Assembly (NCBI GenBank): GCA_945901855.1
Contig: CAMDLT010000018.1
Span: 3,245 to 67,244, forward strand
From: Asaia bogorensis
GTDB taxonomy: Bacteria > Pseudomonadota > Alphaproteobacteria > CACIAM-22H2
Reading direction: 5' to 3'
DNA length: 64,000 bases
A program made the position numbers and the translations under genes. The notes under the pieces are model-generated. The model did not search any database and had not been told where the DNA came from. It was given only the letters and a program-made list of their open reading frames with translations. This document shows, piece by piece, positions 1-8,477 of the stretch. The first letter of the stretch is position 1. Each line of letters starts with the position of its first letter.

Positions 1-167
1 AGATCGTTTTGCTGGATCGCGTCTGCGACTTCGTAGGCTTCTTCGATCGTATACGGGGCGATGGTCGCGAAAGTTTGCTCGCGGTCCCACGGGCAGCCTT
101 CGGTCGGATGGCGCAGCTTTGCCATCACGGCAAGCAGGCGCTGGATCGGCGGAACGGATTCGGTCAT
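1..167 (-). CDS. mazG: nucleoside triphosphate pyrophosphohydrolase MazG, N-terminal fragment (gene continues past left window edge)
   Basis: Own translation of the minus strand from ATG 167-165: [55 protein letters not shown]... The string [24 protein letters not shown] is the MazG N-terminal signature. It is absent from the ORF track because the window edge truncates it. Confidence 0.7.
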   Translation of the reverse strand, partial: MTESVPPIQRLLAVMAKLRHPTEGCPWDREQTFATIAPYTIEEAYEVADAIQQND

Positions 168-180
168 GACAAAACCAAGA

Positions 181-1026
181 TTAAGGGCCGATGCGGTTTG
201 TGTCGAGACGCGCGCCGTCGATCACGGCCCCTTGCATGTTCGCACCGAGCATCGTGGCGCCGGTGAAATCAGCCTGGCGCAAATCGCTTTCGACAAAACT
301 TGCCCCGCCGAGATCGCTGTGGGCAAAGCGCGCCTGGCCGCAATAGGCGGCGGAGAACGATGCCTCGGCAGCTTTTGCGTTGTAGAAATCGGCGCTTTCG
401 AGCATGGCGAGCTGGAAATCGGCGCGCATCAGTTTGGCGCCGGCGAAGTTGCTGGCGCACAAATAAGCGCCTTTGAAGCTCGTGCCCGCAAAATCGCCGT
501 TCGAAAAATCGTAGCCCGACAGATTGACCGATGCGAGCGACAGGCGCGTGCCCGGCGGGTCGTTGGCGCGCAAACGACGGCCCAGCACCGTAACGGCCGC
601 CTGGATGTCGGTCGCGGGCGTCACATAGATCGCCTCGGGCGGCGGATTTTTGTAAATGCCGGCGACCAGTTTGGGGACGGGGGCGGGGCAGCGTTCGCGC
701 ACAAAGGCGGCCAGCGTTTGCACGATCGGCCCTTGGTCGGACGGCCGGTCGCGCGCATGGCGCTCAAGTGTGTAGATGGCGCCCACGCGAATCTCGATTT
801 CGCGTCCGCCAAGCCCCTTGAACGCTGCCGCCATGATTTCGGCGGATTTGCCAAGCTCGGTTGCCTCGGCCGTGCGTTGCTGGGCAGCGACTAGGCGCCT
901 AGCCGTATAGGCCCGGTAGAGCAAATATGGCCCGACACACGCGGCCGCAAATGCGATCAGCAGATCGCGGGTCTCGCCAGAATTGGCGAGCAACCAGAAC
1001 CAAGCATAGTCGATCGGGCTGACCAT
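181..1026 (-). CDS. pentapeptide-repeat protein with N-terminal membrane anchor
   Basis: 281-aa ORF. It has a hydrophobic N-terminus ([28 protein letters not shown]). The C-terminal ~130 aa are five-residue repeats ([56 protein letters not shown]...[38 protein letters not shown]). Confidence 0.8.
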   Translation of the reverse strand: MVSPIDYAWFWLLANSGETRDLLIAFAAACVGPYLLYRAYTARRLVAAQQRTAEATELGKSAEIMAAAFKGLGGREIEIRVGAIYTLERHARDRPSDQGPIVQTLAAFVRERCPAPVPKLVAGIYKNPPPEAIYVTPATDIQAAVTVLGRRLRANDPPGTRLSLASVNLSGYDFSNGDFAGTSFKGAYLCASNFAGAKLMRADFQLAMLESADFYNAKAAEASFSAAYCGQARFAHSDLGGASFVESDLRQADFTGATMLGANMQGAVIDGARLDTNRIGP

Positions 1027-1100
1027 GGAACTCCATTGCGCGCGAATCGATCAATAGGCGGCATCGTATCACCAATGTTCGGCTGCTCGGGTGGCAGCCA

Positions 1101-1189
1101 GATATGCAGCACAAATTAATGTCATAATTTATATTATCAAAAATAAACTACATATATATAGATCAGCAAGTTATATCAAGTTTATGAAC
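1101..1189. other. strongly AT-rich intergenic island (about 22% GC; 12% GC over 1111-1160) upstream of the pentapeptide-repeat gene
   Basis: Direct count: 20 G+C in 89 nt. It contains aaattaatgtcataatttatattatcaaaaataaactacatatatata. It lies between the MBL hydrolase stop (1190) and the pentapeptide gene start (1026). Its function is unknown (promoter/UP element, nucleoid-protein site or scar). Confidence 0.6.
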
Positions 1190-1981
1190 TCAAACATCAA
1201 ACGTCATTCCATCAAACGCGGGCTCCACGCCTGTTGGCAAATCGGCTTTCCAGGCGAAGAAATCGACGCGATGGCTCATATGCGTTAAGATCGATCTTCG
1301 CGGTTTGAGACGCTCGATCCAAGCGAGCGTTTGCGCGCGATGGCTGTGGGCCCAGTTGGGCGCATCTTGCAGGCAATCCACAAGCCACGTGTCGATTCCA
1401 GCCAGCGCCTCGAACGCCGGTTCCGGCAAGGTTTTGACGTCGGTCGAATAGGCAAATCGCCCGAACCGCAGGCCCAAGGTCGGATCGCGATCGCCGCCAT
1501 GCAGCTGTTCGAAGGTCTGGATATCGATATCGCCGATGCGGAGCCCCTCGCCCGCTTTGACTGTTTTGGGGGTCAGCACCGGCACTACAAAATGGCGCCC
1601 TTCGGGCAAGGCCGCCATTGATCCGAACGCGTAGCCAAAACGGCGCTGGGCATCGGCGAGGGTTGCCGCGTCGCCGTAGCAATCGAGCGGCGCCTGGCGC
1701 TTTTGGTTGACGGCGCGCAGCTCGTCGAGCCCGTGCATGTGGTCGGCATGGGCATGCGTAAAAATAACGGCGTCGAATGCCGAATGGCCCGAGCGCAGCA
1801 ATTGCTGGCGCAGATCCGGACCTGCATCGATCAGGATGCGGGTCGTTGCGCTTGCGACGACGATCGATACCCGCAGCCGCTTGTTCTTGGGATCGTTCGA
1901 CCGGCACACCGCACAGTCGCAACCGACGATCGGCACGCCACCCGAGGCACCGCAGCCCAAGACGGTAACTTTGAGACTCAT
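1190..1981 (-). CDS. MBL-fold metallo-hydrolase (PhnP-like)
   Basis: Start placed at ATG 1981 (MSLKVTVLGCGASGG...), which gives an ATGA overlap with the tatD stop. The HxHxDH motif is THAHADHMHG. The 44 codons upstream in the track ORF are Arg/Ala-rich and overlap tatD. Confidence 0.8.
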   Translation of the reverse strand: MSLKVTVLGCGASGGVPIVGCDCAVCRSNDPKNKRLRVSIVVASATTRILIDAGPDLRQQLLRSGHSAFDAVIFTHAHADHMHGLDELRAVNQKRQAPLDCYGDAATLADAQRRFGYAFGSMAALPEGRHFVVPVLTPKTVKAGEGLRIGDIDIQTFEQLHGGDRDPTLGLRFGRFAYSTDVKTLPEPAFEALAGIDTWLVDCLQDAPNWAHSHRAQTLAWIERLKPRRSILTHMSHRVDFFAWKADLPTGVEPAFDGMTFDV

Positions 1982-2763
1982 GCAGCCGGGCGCCGCGCGC
2001 GCGAAAACAGCCGGTAGAAATTGTCGCTTGTGGTTTGCGCAAGTTCGGCCAGCGCCACGCCCTTGAGCTTGGCGACGAACTCGGCCGTGTGCAGCACGTA
2101 GCTCGGTTCGCACGGTTTGCCGCGTTTGGGCACCGGTGCCAAATACGGCGAGTCCGTTTCGACAAGCAACCGGTCGAGCGGCAAAGCGCGCACGGTGGCG
2201 CGCAAATCCTCGGCATTTTTAAACGTCACGATGCCCGAAATCGAAATGTAATAGCCGTGCGCGATCGCCTTTTGCGCAAGCTCGAGCGACGAGGTGAAAC
2301 AATGCAGAACGCCGATCGTGCCGGGCAATTCGAGTGCGGCCCAGTCCAGCATTGCGGCCGTGTCAGCATCGGCGTCGCGCGTGTGCACGACCAGCGGCAG
2401 GCCGCTGATGTGGGCGGCGCGCAGATGGGCACGGAAATTTTCGGCCTGCTCGGCGCGCGGGCTCTTTTCGTAGAAATAGTCGAGCCCCGTCTCGCCGATT
2501 CCGACGACCTTGGGATGCCTCGCAAGTTCGACCAGCGCTTCGGCGGCCGTCTGCTCGTTTGCGGCCTCGTGCGGATGGATACCGACCGTGCAAAACACGT
2601 TTTTATGGGCATCCGCGATGGCGCGTACGCCGTCGAAATCGCGCAACTTGGTTCCGATGGCGAGCATGGTTTCCACGCCGGCCGATTTGGCGCGCGCCAG
2701 CACGCCCGAAAAATCCTTCTGCAGATCCGGGTAATCCAAATGGCAATGGCTGTCCACAAGCAT
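1978..2763 (-). CDS. tatD: TatD-family metal-dependent hydrolase
   Basis: MLVDSHCHLDYPDL (HxH), VVHTRDA and LLVETDSPYLAP are TatD ligand motifs. ATG 2763 is preferred over ATG 2784, which would overlap metG by 17 nt. Confidence 0.85.
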   Translation of the reverse strand: MLVDSHCHLDYPDLQKDFSGVLARAKSAGVETMLAIGTKLRDFDGVRAIADAHKNVFCTVGIHPHEAANEQTAAEALVELARHPKVVGIGETGLDYFYEKSPRAEQAENFRAHLRAAHISGLPLVVHTRDADADTAAMLDWAALELPGTIGVLHCFTSSLELAQKAIAHGYYISISGIVTFKNAEDLRATVRALPLDRLLVETDSPYLAPVPKRGKPCEPSYVLHTAEFVAKLKGVALAELAQTTSDNFYRLFSRARRPAA

Positions 2764-2767
2764 GGCG

Positions 2768-4318
2768 CTAGCTCGGCTCGACATAACGCGGAAACAAGCC
2801 GCTCGGTGCCGGCAACGCCGTGCCGGGCACCAACGCTTTGTCCCATGCGTCGAACCCGCGCGCGTCGCCCGCCACGGCCAACTGGTCGAGCAGCTTTGCC
2901 ATCGTGTCGGGCATAAAAGGCTGCAGCAACAGCCCGACGCGACGCAAGGTTTCGGTCAGCACATACAGAACTGTCGCCATGCGGGCGGGATCGGTCTTGC
3001 GCAGGCTCCACGGGGCTTGCGTATCGACATAGCGGTTGGACTCCGCGATTGCCGCAAAAACGGCTTCGAGCGCCTTGTGGAACGCTTGCTGGTCCAATTC
3101 GGCGCGCATCGTTTCGAGCAAGCCTGCCGTTGCCGCCAGCATCGTATTGTCGGCATCCGTGAACGTGCCGGGTGTCGGCACCGATGCGCCGGCATTCTTG
3201 GCGATGAACGACAGCACGCGCTGGCTCAAATTGCCAAGATCGTTGGCAAGGTCGGTGTTGGTGCGCCGGATGATTGCAGCGCGGCTGAAATCGCCGTCCT
3301 GGCCAAACGGCACCTCGCGCAGCAGAAAATATCGCACCTGGTCGAGACCGTATTGCGCCACGAGCTTGACGGGTTCGACCGCGTTGCCGAGCGACTTCGA
3401 CATCTTCTGGCCTTCGATGGTCCACCAGCCATGCGCGAACACGCGCTTGGGCGTGGGCAGCCCCGCAGCGGCCAAGAATGCCGGCCAATAGACCGTGTGG
3501 AAGCGCACGATATCTTTGCCGACCATGTGCAGATCGGCTGGCCAAAATGTTTTGAATTTTTCGCCGTCGATATCGGGGTAGCCCGCGGCCGTGATGTAGT
3601 TGGTAAGCGCGTCGAGCCACACATACATCACGTGCTTTTCGTCGCCGGGCACTTTGATGCCCCAGCCGAACGTGGTGCGCGAAATCGACAGATCGTGCAG
3701 CCCTTGGCCGACAAAACTGCGGACCTCGTTGAGGCGCGTGTTGGGGCCGACCGCGTCCGGCTGGTCTTTGTAAAAATCGAGCAGCCACTCGGTCCAGTCC
3801 GACAGTCGGAAGAAATACGACGGTTCTTCGACCCACTCGGCCTCCGCGCCGGAGGCTGCGCGCTTCTTGCCGTCGGGACCGGTCGTCAATTCGCTTTCGT
3901 CGTAATAGGCTTCGTCGCGCACCGCGTACCAGCCGCTATAGGCGCCGAGATAGATATTGTCGTTGCCCTTGGGCGTTTTGCGCGCGGCCATCGCACGCCA
4001 AATTTCCTGGCTGGCGGCCACATGGCGCGGCTCGGTCGTGCGGATGAAGTCGTCGTTCGAAAAATTGAGCACAGGGCCGAGGGCGCGGAAATTGGCCGAC
4101 ACATTGTCGGTGAATTGCTGCGGCGTCAGCCCTGCCTTGATTGCCGATTTTTCGACCTTCTGGCCGTGTTCGTCCGTACCGGTCAAAAAGAAAACCTTGG
4201 CGCCGTCCAAGCGCATGAAACGCGCGAGCACGTCGCACGCCAATGTCGTGTAGACGTGCCCGATATGCGGCACGTCGTTGACATAGTAAATCGGGGTCGT
4301 GATGTAGTAACGCTTCAT
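2768..4318 (-). CDS. metG: methionine--tRNA ligase
   Basis: MKRYYITTPIYYVNDVPHIGHVYTT (HIGH motif) and QKMSKSLGN (KMSKS motif). Start at ATG 4318; the 40 upstream codons of the track ORF look non-coding. Confidence 0.95.
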   Translation of the reverse strand: MKRYYITTPIYYVNDVPHIGHVYTTLACDVLARFMRLDGAKVFFLTGTDEHGQKVEKSAIKAGLTPQQFTDNVSANFRALGPVLNFSNDDFIRTTEPRHVAASQEIWRAMAARKTPKGNDNIYLGAYSGWYAVRDEAYYDESELTTGPDGKKRAASGAEAEWVEEPSYFFRLSDWTEWLLDFYKDQPDAVGPNTRLNEVRSFVGQGLHDLSISRTTFGWGIKVPGDEKHVMYVWLDALTNYITAAGYPDIDGEKFKTFWPADLHMVGKDIVRFHTVYWPAFLAAAGLPTPKRVFAHGWWTIEGQKMSKSLGNAVEPVKLVAQYGLDQVRYFLLREVPFGQDGDFSRAAIIRRTNTDLANDLGNLSQRVLSFIAKNAGASVPTPGTFTDADNTMLAATAGLLETMRAELDQQAFHKALEAVFAAIAESNRYVDTQAPWSLRKTDPARMATVLYVLTETLRRVGLLLQPFMPDTMAKLLDQLAVAGDARGFDAWDKALVPGTALPAPSGLFPRYVEPS

Positions 4319-4470
4319 GGCTCGAACCTCGGACGCGGAGGCGCACTTATGCGGCAGTTGGCTGCCATCGCGCAACCGGCTTGAACGATATGGGAACGTC
4401 CGCGTTTTGGCGAGATTCTTGCTTACCCCTGGGCGCATCTCAGAACCTAGACAAAAAAGGCATTTTTCGA

Positions 4471-4653
4471 ATGGACGATACGGCGATCGACGCTTTGATG
4501 GCTGCAGGTGCAGCCGCCAACAATTTGCCTGTGGACCCGGCCTTCTACGATGGCGTGCGGATCAATCTTGTGCGCACGGCAGCGATTGCCAAGCTTGTCA
4601 CCGAATTCGACCTGCCCGACGCGGTGGAAGCCGCACCGGTCTTCCGCCCATGA
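4471..4653 (+). CDS. small AtzG-like (DUF4089, GatC-related) amidase partner protein
   Basis: 60 aa from ATG 4471 (MDDTAIDALMAAGAAANNLPVDPAFYDGVRINLVRTAAIAKLVTEFDLPDAVEAAPVFRP). Its stop overlaps the amidase start (ATGA at 4650-4653). Size, position and the C-terminal ..P.VF.P string fit AtzG-like proteins. Confidence 0.65.
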   Translation: MDDTAIDALMAAGAAANNLPVDPAFYDGVRINLVRTAAIAKLVTEFDLPDAVEAAPVFRP

Positions 4654-6038
4654 TCCCGGTCGAAATGTCGGCGCTGGAGATTGCGCGCCAAGTTCGTGCG
4701 GGCGCAATCAGCGCCGTTGCCGTGGTCGAAGGGCATTTGGCGCGTGTTGCTGCGCACAATCCGTCTCTCAACGCCTTTACGGACGTGACGGCCGCGCGCG
4801 CTTTGGCCAAAGCGCGCGAGATCGATGCGCGGCGCGCGCGCGGCGAAAGCCTGGGCGTTTTGGCGGGCGTACCGTTTGCCGTCAAAAATCTGTTCGACAT
4901 TGCAGGCCTGCCCACGCGCGCGGGCTCCAAAATCAATCGCGACCGCGCACCGGCCGACGAAGATGCCGTGCTTGTCGCGCGTCTGGATGCCGCCGATGCC
5001 GTGTTGCTTGGCGGCCTCAACATGGGCGAATACGCCTACGATTTTACGGGCGAAAACGTCCATGACGGCGCGTCGCGCAATCCGCACGATCCAAGCCGCA
5101 TGACGGGCGGCTCGTCGGGCGGGTCGGGTGCTGCGGTCGCAGGCGGCATGGTGCCGCTCGCCCTTGGCTCGGATACCAACGGGTCGATCCGCGTGCCCGC
5201 GTCGTTTTGCGGCCTGTTCGGTCTTAAGCCAACCTATGGGCGGCTCACGCGCCGGGGCTCGTTTCCGTTTGTGGGCTCCTTCGACCATTTGGGGCCGCTT
5301 GCGCGTTCGGCTCGCGATCTCGCCCTTTGTTACGATGCGATGCAGGGCCCCGATCCGCTCGATCCTGCCTGCGCCCAACGCGACGTCTCCGCCACGCTTT
5401 GTGAAATCGACAACGGCGTCGCCGACCTTCGCATTGCCGCGCTTGGCGGCTATTTTGCCAGCGGCGGCGAAGATATTGTCTATCAGGCGGCGGCACGCTG
5501 TGCCCGAGCGCTCGGCGCCACGCGCACGGTCGAACTGCCGCAAGTGCATCGCGCGCGTGCGGCCGCGTTCGTGATCACCAATGTCGAGGGCGGCCAGTTG
5601 CATCTCGATCGTTTGCGCACCCGTGCAGCCGACTTCGATCCCGCGACGCGCGACCGGCTGATCGCTGGAAACTTCGTGCCCGCTAGCTGGTACGTGCAAG
5701 CCCAGCGGTTGCGCAGCTGGTTCCAGGGCGAGGTTAAAAAATTGTTCGAAACGACCGATATTCTGATCGCGCCCGCAACGCCATGCGCAGCCCCTGCGAT
5801 CGGCCAGCAGACATTTATGCTGAACGGCCATGAAACCGTCTTGCGACCGAATATCGGTGTCTATACACAACCGATTTCGTTTGTCGGCCTGCCCGTCGTC
5901 GCGGTCCCTCTGCATGGGCTTGGCCCCCTGCCCGTCGCGGTGCAGATTATCGCAGCTCCGTGGCGCGAAGATCTGGCCCTTCGCGTCGCACGCCATCTCG
6001 AAAAAACCGGAATCGTCCGCGCCCCCATCGCTCCTTAG
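4650..6038 (+). CDS. amidase-signature enzyme, AtzE-like / GatA-related
   Basis: Amidase signature GGSSGGSGAAVAGGMVPLALGSDTNGSIRVPASFCGLFGLKPTYG. Start at ATG 4650 (MIPVEMSALEIARQV...). Flanked by AtzG-like and AtzH-like genes. Confidence 0.85.
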   Translation: MIPVEMSALEIARQVRAGAISAVAVVEGHLARVAAHNPSLNAFTDVTAARALAKAREIDARRARGESLGVLAGVPFAVKNLFDIAGLPTRAGSKINRDRAPADEDAVLVARLDAADAVLLGGLNMGEYAYDFTGENVHDGASRNPHDPSRMTGGSSGGSGAAVAGGMVPLALGSDTNGSIRVPASFCGLFGLKPTYGRLTRRGSFPFVGSFDHLGPLARSARDLALCYDAMQGPDPLDPACAQRDVSATLCEIDNGVADLRIAALGGYFASGGEDIVYQAAARCARALGATRTVELPQVHRARAAAFVITNVEGGQLHLDRLRTRAADFDPATRDRLIAGNFVPASWYVQAQRLRSWFQGEVKKLFETTDILIAPATPCAAPAIGQQTFMLNGHETVLRPNIGVYTQPISFVGLPVVAVPLHGLGPLPVAVQIIAAPWREDLALRVARHLEKTGIVRAPIAP

Positions 6039-6049
6039 AAAGCCGAACA

Positions 6050-6439
6050 ATGATCGAGATCGACACCCCGGACGTTTTGGCCGAAGTAACGGCAGCGTTC
6101 CAGCGCTACGAAGTGGCCCTGACCACCAATGACGTCGAAACGCTCGACGCGCTGTTCAAAGACGCACCCACGACCGTGCGGCTCGGCATTGCCGAAAATT
6201 TGTTCGGGTACGCGGCGATCAAAGCGTTTCGCGCCGGGCGCTCGCCGCAGGGACTTCAGCGCACGCTCGAAAACACCGTGATCACGACTTACGGACGCGA
6301 TTTTGCGGTGGCATCGACGCTGTTTCGCCGAGCGGGCGGCACCAAGCTCGGGCGCCAGCAGCAAAGCTGGGTGCGCTTTCCCGAAGGCTGGCGCGTTGTT
6401 GCGGCCCAGGTCTCGCTGATCGACCCGCCGACGGTCTAG
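6050..6439 (+). CDS. AtzH-like NTF2-fold protein (DUF3225 type)
   Basis: 129 aa from ATG 6050. The strings NDVETLDALFKDAPTTVRLGIAENLFGYAAIKAFRAGR, TVITTYGRDFAVASTLFRR and GRQQQSWVRFPEGWRVVAAQVSL match the small SnoaL/NTF2-like proteins that follow AtzE-type amidases. Confidence 0.7.
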   Translation: MIEIDTPDVLAEVTAAFQRYEVALTTNDVETLDALFKDAPTTVRLGIAENLFGYAAIKAFRAGRSPQGLQRTLENTVITTYGRDFAVASTLFRRAGGTKLGRQQQSWVRFPEGWRVVAAQVSLIDPPTV

Positions 6440-7470
6440 CCTCGATCGATCCGCATCTCGACAGCTTCACGCGAGGCTCTCGGCTCCAGAAACACAAGTT
6501 CGCAAGCCTCGTCCAAAGCGATTTTGCGGCATTCGACGCCGCGCTGGACCACGATGAACTCCCCTTCCCGCACGATTTCGTCGCGGTCGCGGAACTTCAT
6601 CAGCAAACGGCCTTTGTGCACGAAGACAAGTTCGTCTTCGTGTTTGCGGAAATGCCAGGGCGTTTGGCCTTCGAATCTCTCGAGCTTGATCTGCATCCCA
6701 TTGGCCTGAGCGGCAATCCACGGTACGCGGTTGTCGCGGACGTTTCCGAACACTTCCGCCAAGCTCGTTTTTCGGATTTCCGAAATATGGCGGTTGAGCA
6801 CGGCGACATCGCGAATGACCGCGGCGAGTTGGTCGCCGAGCTTCGTGCTTTTTGCCGGATACCGACCGTCGAGTGCGGCCGTGCCAATCGTGAAGCCGGC
6901 GGCTCCGGCTTCCTTCATGCGCGCGATCTGCTCGGGCTTGTCGATAGATCCGGCAACGAAGACAGGTTTTGCGACTGCTGCACAAACCGCCCGGACGAGT
7001 TCCGGAACATCGACTTTCGAGCGGTATGCGAGCAGATCGAGACCGCCGACCCCGTCGCGCGACGCCAATGCCGAAGCACTTGCGACGATATCTTCGATGC
7101 TTCCTTCGAGCACGCTCGGATGGCCGACAATCTGCCCCGGGAACGGACAATAGAGGATATTCGTGCGTGCAATGATCGGCAGAACATCGTCGACGCGCGT
7201 TCCGCCCAACAGAACATCGACGCCGATTTCGACTGCCGCCTTCGCCGACGCGATCTCGCTGGCGCGATCCAGCGAGACGACCTCGAGATAGGATGTGGCA
7301 CCGCCGACCCTGATCGTGTCTTTGAGTGTTTTCAGCCGTGCGATCGGCAGTCCGATGTCCTTGAATCCGATATGCCGCACGCCCTGATCCAAAGCGGTCT
7401 TGAGATGTTGGACTGCGTCCGCGACCGTCCGGTCGTTGCGCGTCAGCATGAAAATGAATCGCAGTCCCAT
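6436..7470 (-). CDS. two-domain protein of unknown function: N-terminal (beta/alpha)8-barrel-like domain fused to a C-terminal cupin
   Basis: 344 aa. Residues 1-~225 have alternating strand/helix periodicity and end in a phosphate-binding-barrel-like VFVAGSIDKPEQIARMKEAGAAGFTIGTAAL. Residues ~240-344 are a small cupin (TPWHFRKHEDELVFVHKGRLLMKFRDRDEIVREGEFIVVQRGVECRK). The start ATG 7470 overlaps the pdxA2 stop by 1 nt (TGATG). Confidence 0.7.
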   Translation of the reverse strand: MGLRFIFMLTRNDRTVADAVQHLKTALDQGVRHIGFKDIGLPIARLKTLKDTIRVGGATSYLEVVSLDRASEIASAKAAVEIGVDVLLGGTRVDDVLPIIARTNILYCPFPGQIVGHPSVLEGSIEDIVASASALASRDGVGGLDLLAYRSKVDVPELVRAVCAAVAKPVFVAGSIDKPEQIARMKEAGAAGFTIGTAALDGRYPAKSTKLGDQLAAVIRDVAVLNRHISEIRKTSLAEVFGNVRDNRVPWIAAQANGMQIKLERFEGQTPWHFRKHEDELVFVHKGRLLMKFRDRDEIVREGEFIVVQRGVECRKIALDEACELVFLEPRASREAVEMRIDRG

Positions 7471-8477
7471 CAGACCGGCCTTTCGAACGTTGTGCGGTTT
7501 TTTGCGGCAACGAGGCGATGCGCATAGGCGAGTGCGGTTGCCATGCTGGCCGGGTCCGCAATTCCCCGACCTGCGATGTCGAACGCCGTGCCGTGGTCGG
7601 GGCTTGTGCGCACAAAAGGCAAGCCGAGCGTGATATTGACGCCTTTTTCGAGACCGAGATACTTCACGGGAATGAGGCCTTGGTCGTGATACTGCGCAAC
7701 TACGACGTCGAAACGTCCTTTGCGCGCCATCATATAGACCGTGTCGCCCGGCCAGGGACCGCTCGCGTCGATGCCTTCGGCACGCGCCGCCTCGATCGCG
7801 GGGGTGACGATTCGAATCTCCTCGTCGCCAAATAGGCCGCCTTCGCCAGCATGGGGATTGAGCCCTGCGACCGCAATGCGCGGCGCTTCGATGCCGAGTG
7901 CTTTTGCGCCTTGTTGGGCCAAGCGTATGGCCGAAATCTGCGCCGCGAAATCCGCCGCCGCGATGGCCTTTTGCAGCGACATGTGGATCGTCACCAGCAC
8001 GGTTCGAATCTCATCGTTCGCAAGCATCATCGCCACGCGTTGTGCGCCACCGTAGTGGGCAAGCATCTCGGTATGTCCCGGATAAGGGATGGCCGCCTTG
8101 CGCAGCGCGTCCTTGTTGATCGGTGCTGTGACGATGCCGGCGACCTTGCCTGCCTGCGCGTCGGCGATTGCGGCAACGATCGCATCGAACGAGGCCTTGC
8201 CGGAAAGCGCATTGGCCTCACCGACGGGCGGAAGTGCTGCGAGTTTTGCCGCTTCGACGATTTCGATCGAATTGGGCTCGAACAGTGCGTGTCCCGGTTC
8301 GTCGATCGTGCGGACGGCGACATCGAGGCCAAGACGGCGTACGGCGGCCGACATCACGATAGTGCTGCCGTAAACGACGGCGCGATGCTTGCCCTCGACG
8401 AGCATTTTGGCGACGATCTCGGGGCCGATGCCGGACGGATCGCCCATGGTAACAGCGAATGGCGGCAGTTCAGTCAT
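7470..8477 (-). CDS. pdxA2: PdxA-family NAD-dependent 4-phospho-hydroxyacid dehydrogenase (PdxA2 type)
   Basis: PdxA motifs: GDPSGIGPEI, TAPINK, PGHTEML, LNPHAGEGG, SPDHGTAFDIAG. Start at ATG 8477 (MTELPPFAVTMGDPSG). ATGA overlap with the upstream kinase. The 212 upstream codons in the track ORF overlap the kinase out of frame. Confidence 0.9.
   Translation of the reverse strand: MTELPPFAVTMGDPSGIGPEIVAKMLVEGKHRAVVYGSTIVMSAAVRRLGLDVAVRTIDEPGHALFEPNSIEIVEAAKLAALPPVGEANALSGKASFDAIVAAIADAQAGKVAGIVTAPINKDALRKAAIPYPGHTEMLAHYGGAQRVAMMLANDEIRTVLVTIHMSLQKAIAAADFAAQISAIRLAQQGAKALGIEAPRIAVAGLNPHAGEGGLFGDEEIRIVTPAIEAARAEGIDASGPWPGDTVYMMARKGRFDVVVAQYHDQGLIPVKYLGLEKGVNITLGLPFVRTSPDHGTAFDIAGRGIADPASMATALAYAHRLVAAKNRTTFERPV

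Noticed and set aside
1091-1288. 65-aa plus-strand ORF in the AT-rich island
   Set aside because: The Ile/Asn/Lys-rich product arises from the AT-rich spacer, and the ORF then runs antisense into the MBL hydrolase gene. It has no SD.
2762-4384. 540-aa plus-strand ORF
   Set aside because: It is entirely antisense to metG, which has unmistakable HIGH/KMSKS motifs. The product is Arg/Ala/Gly-rich with no motif. This is a typical stop-poor antisense frame in high-GC DNA.
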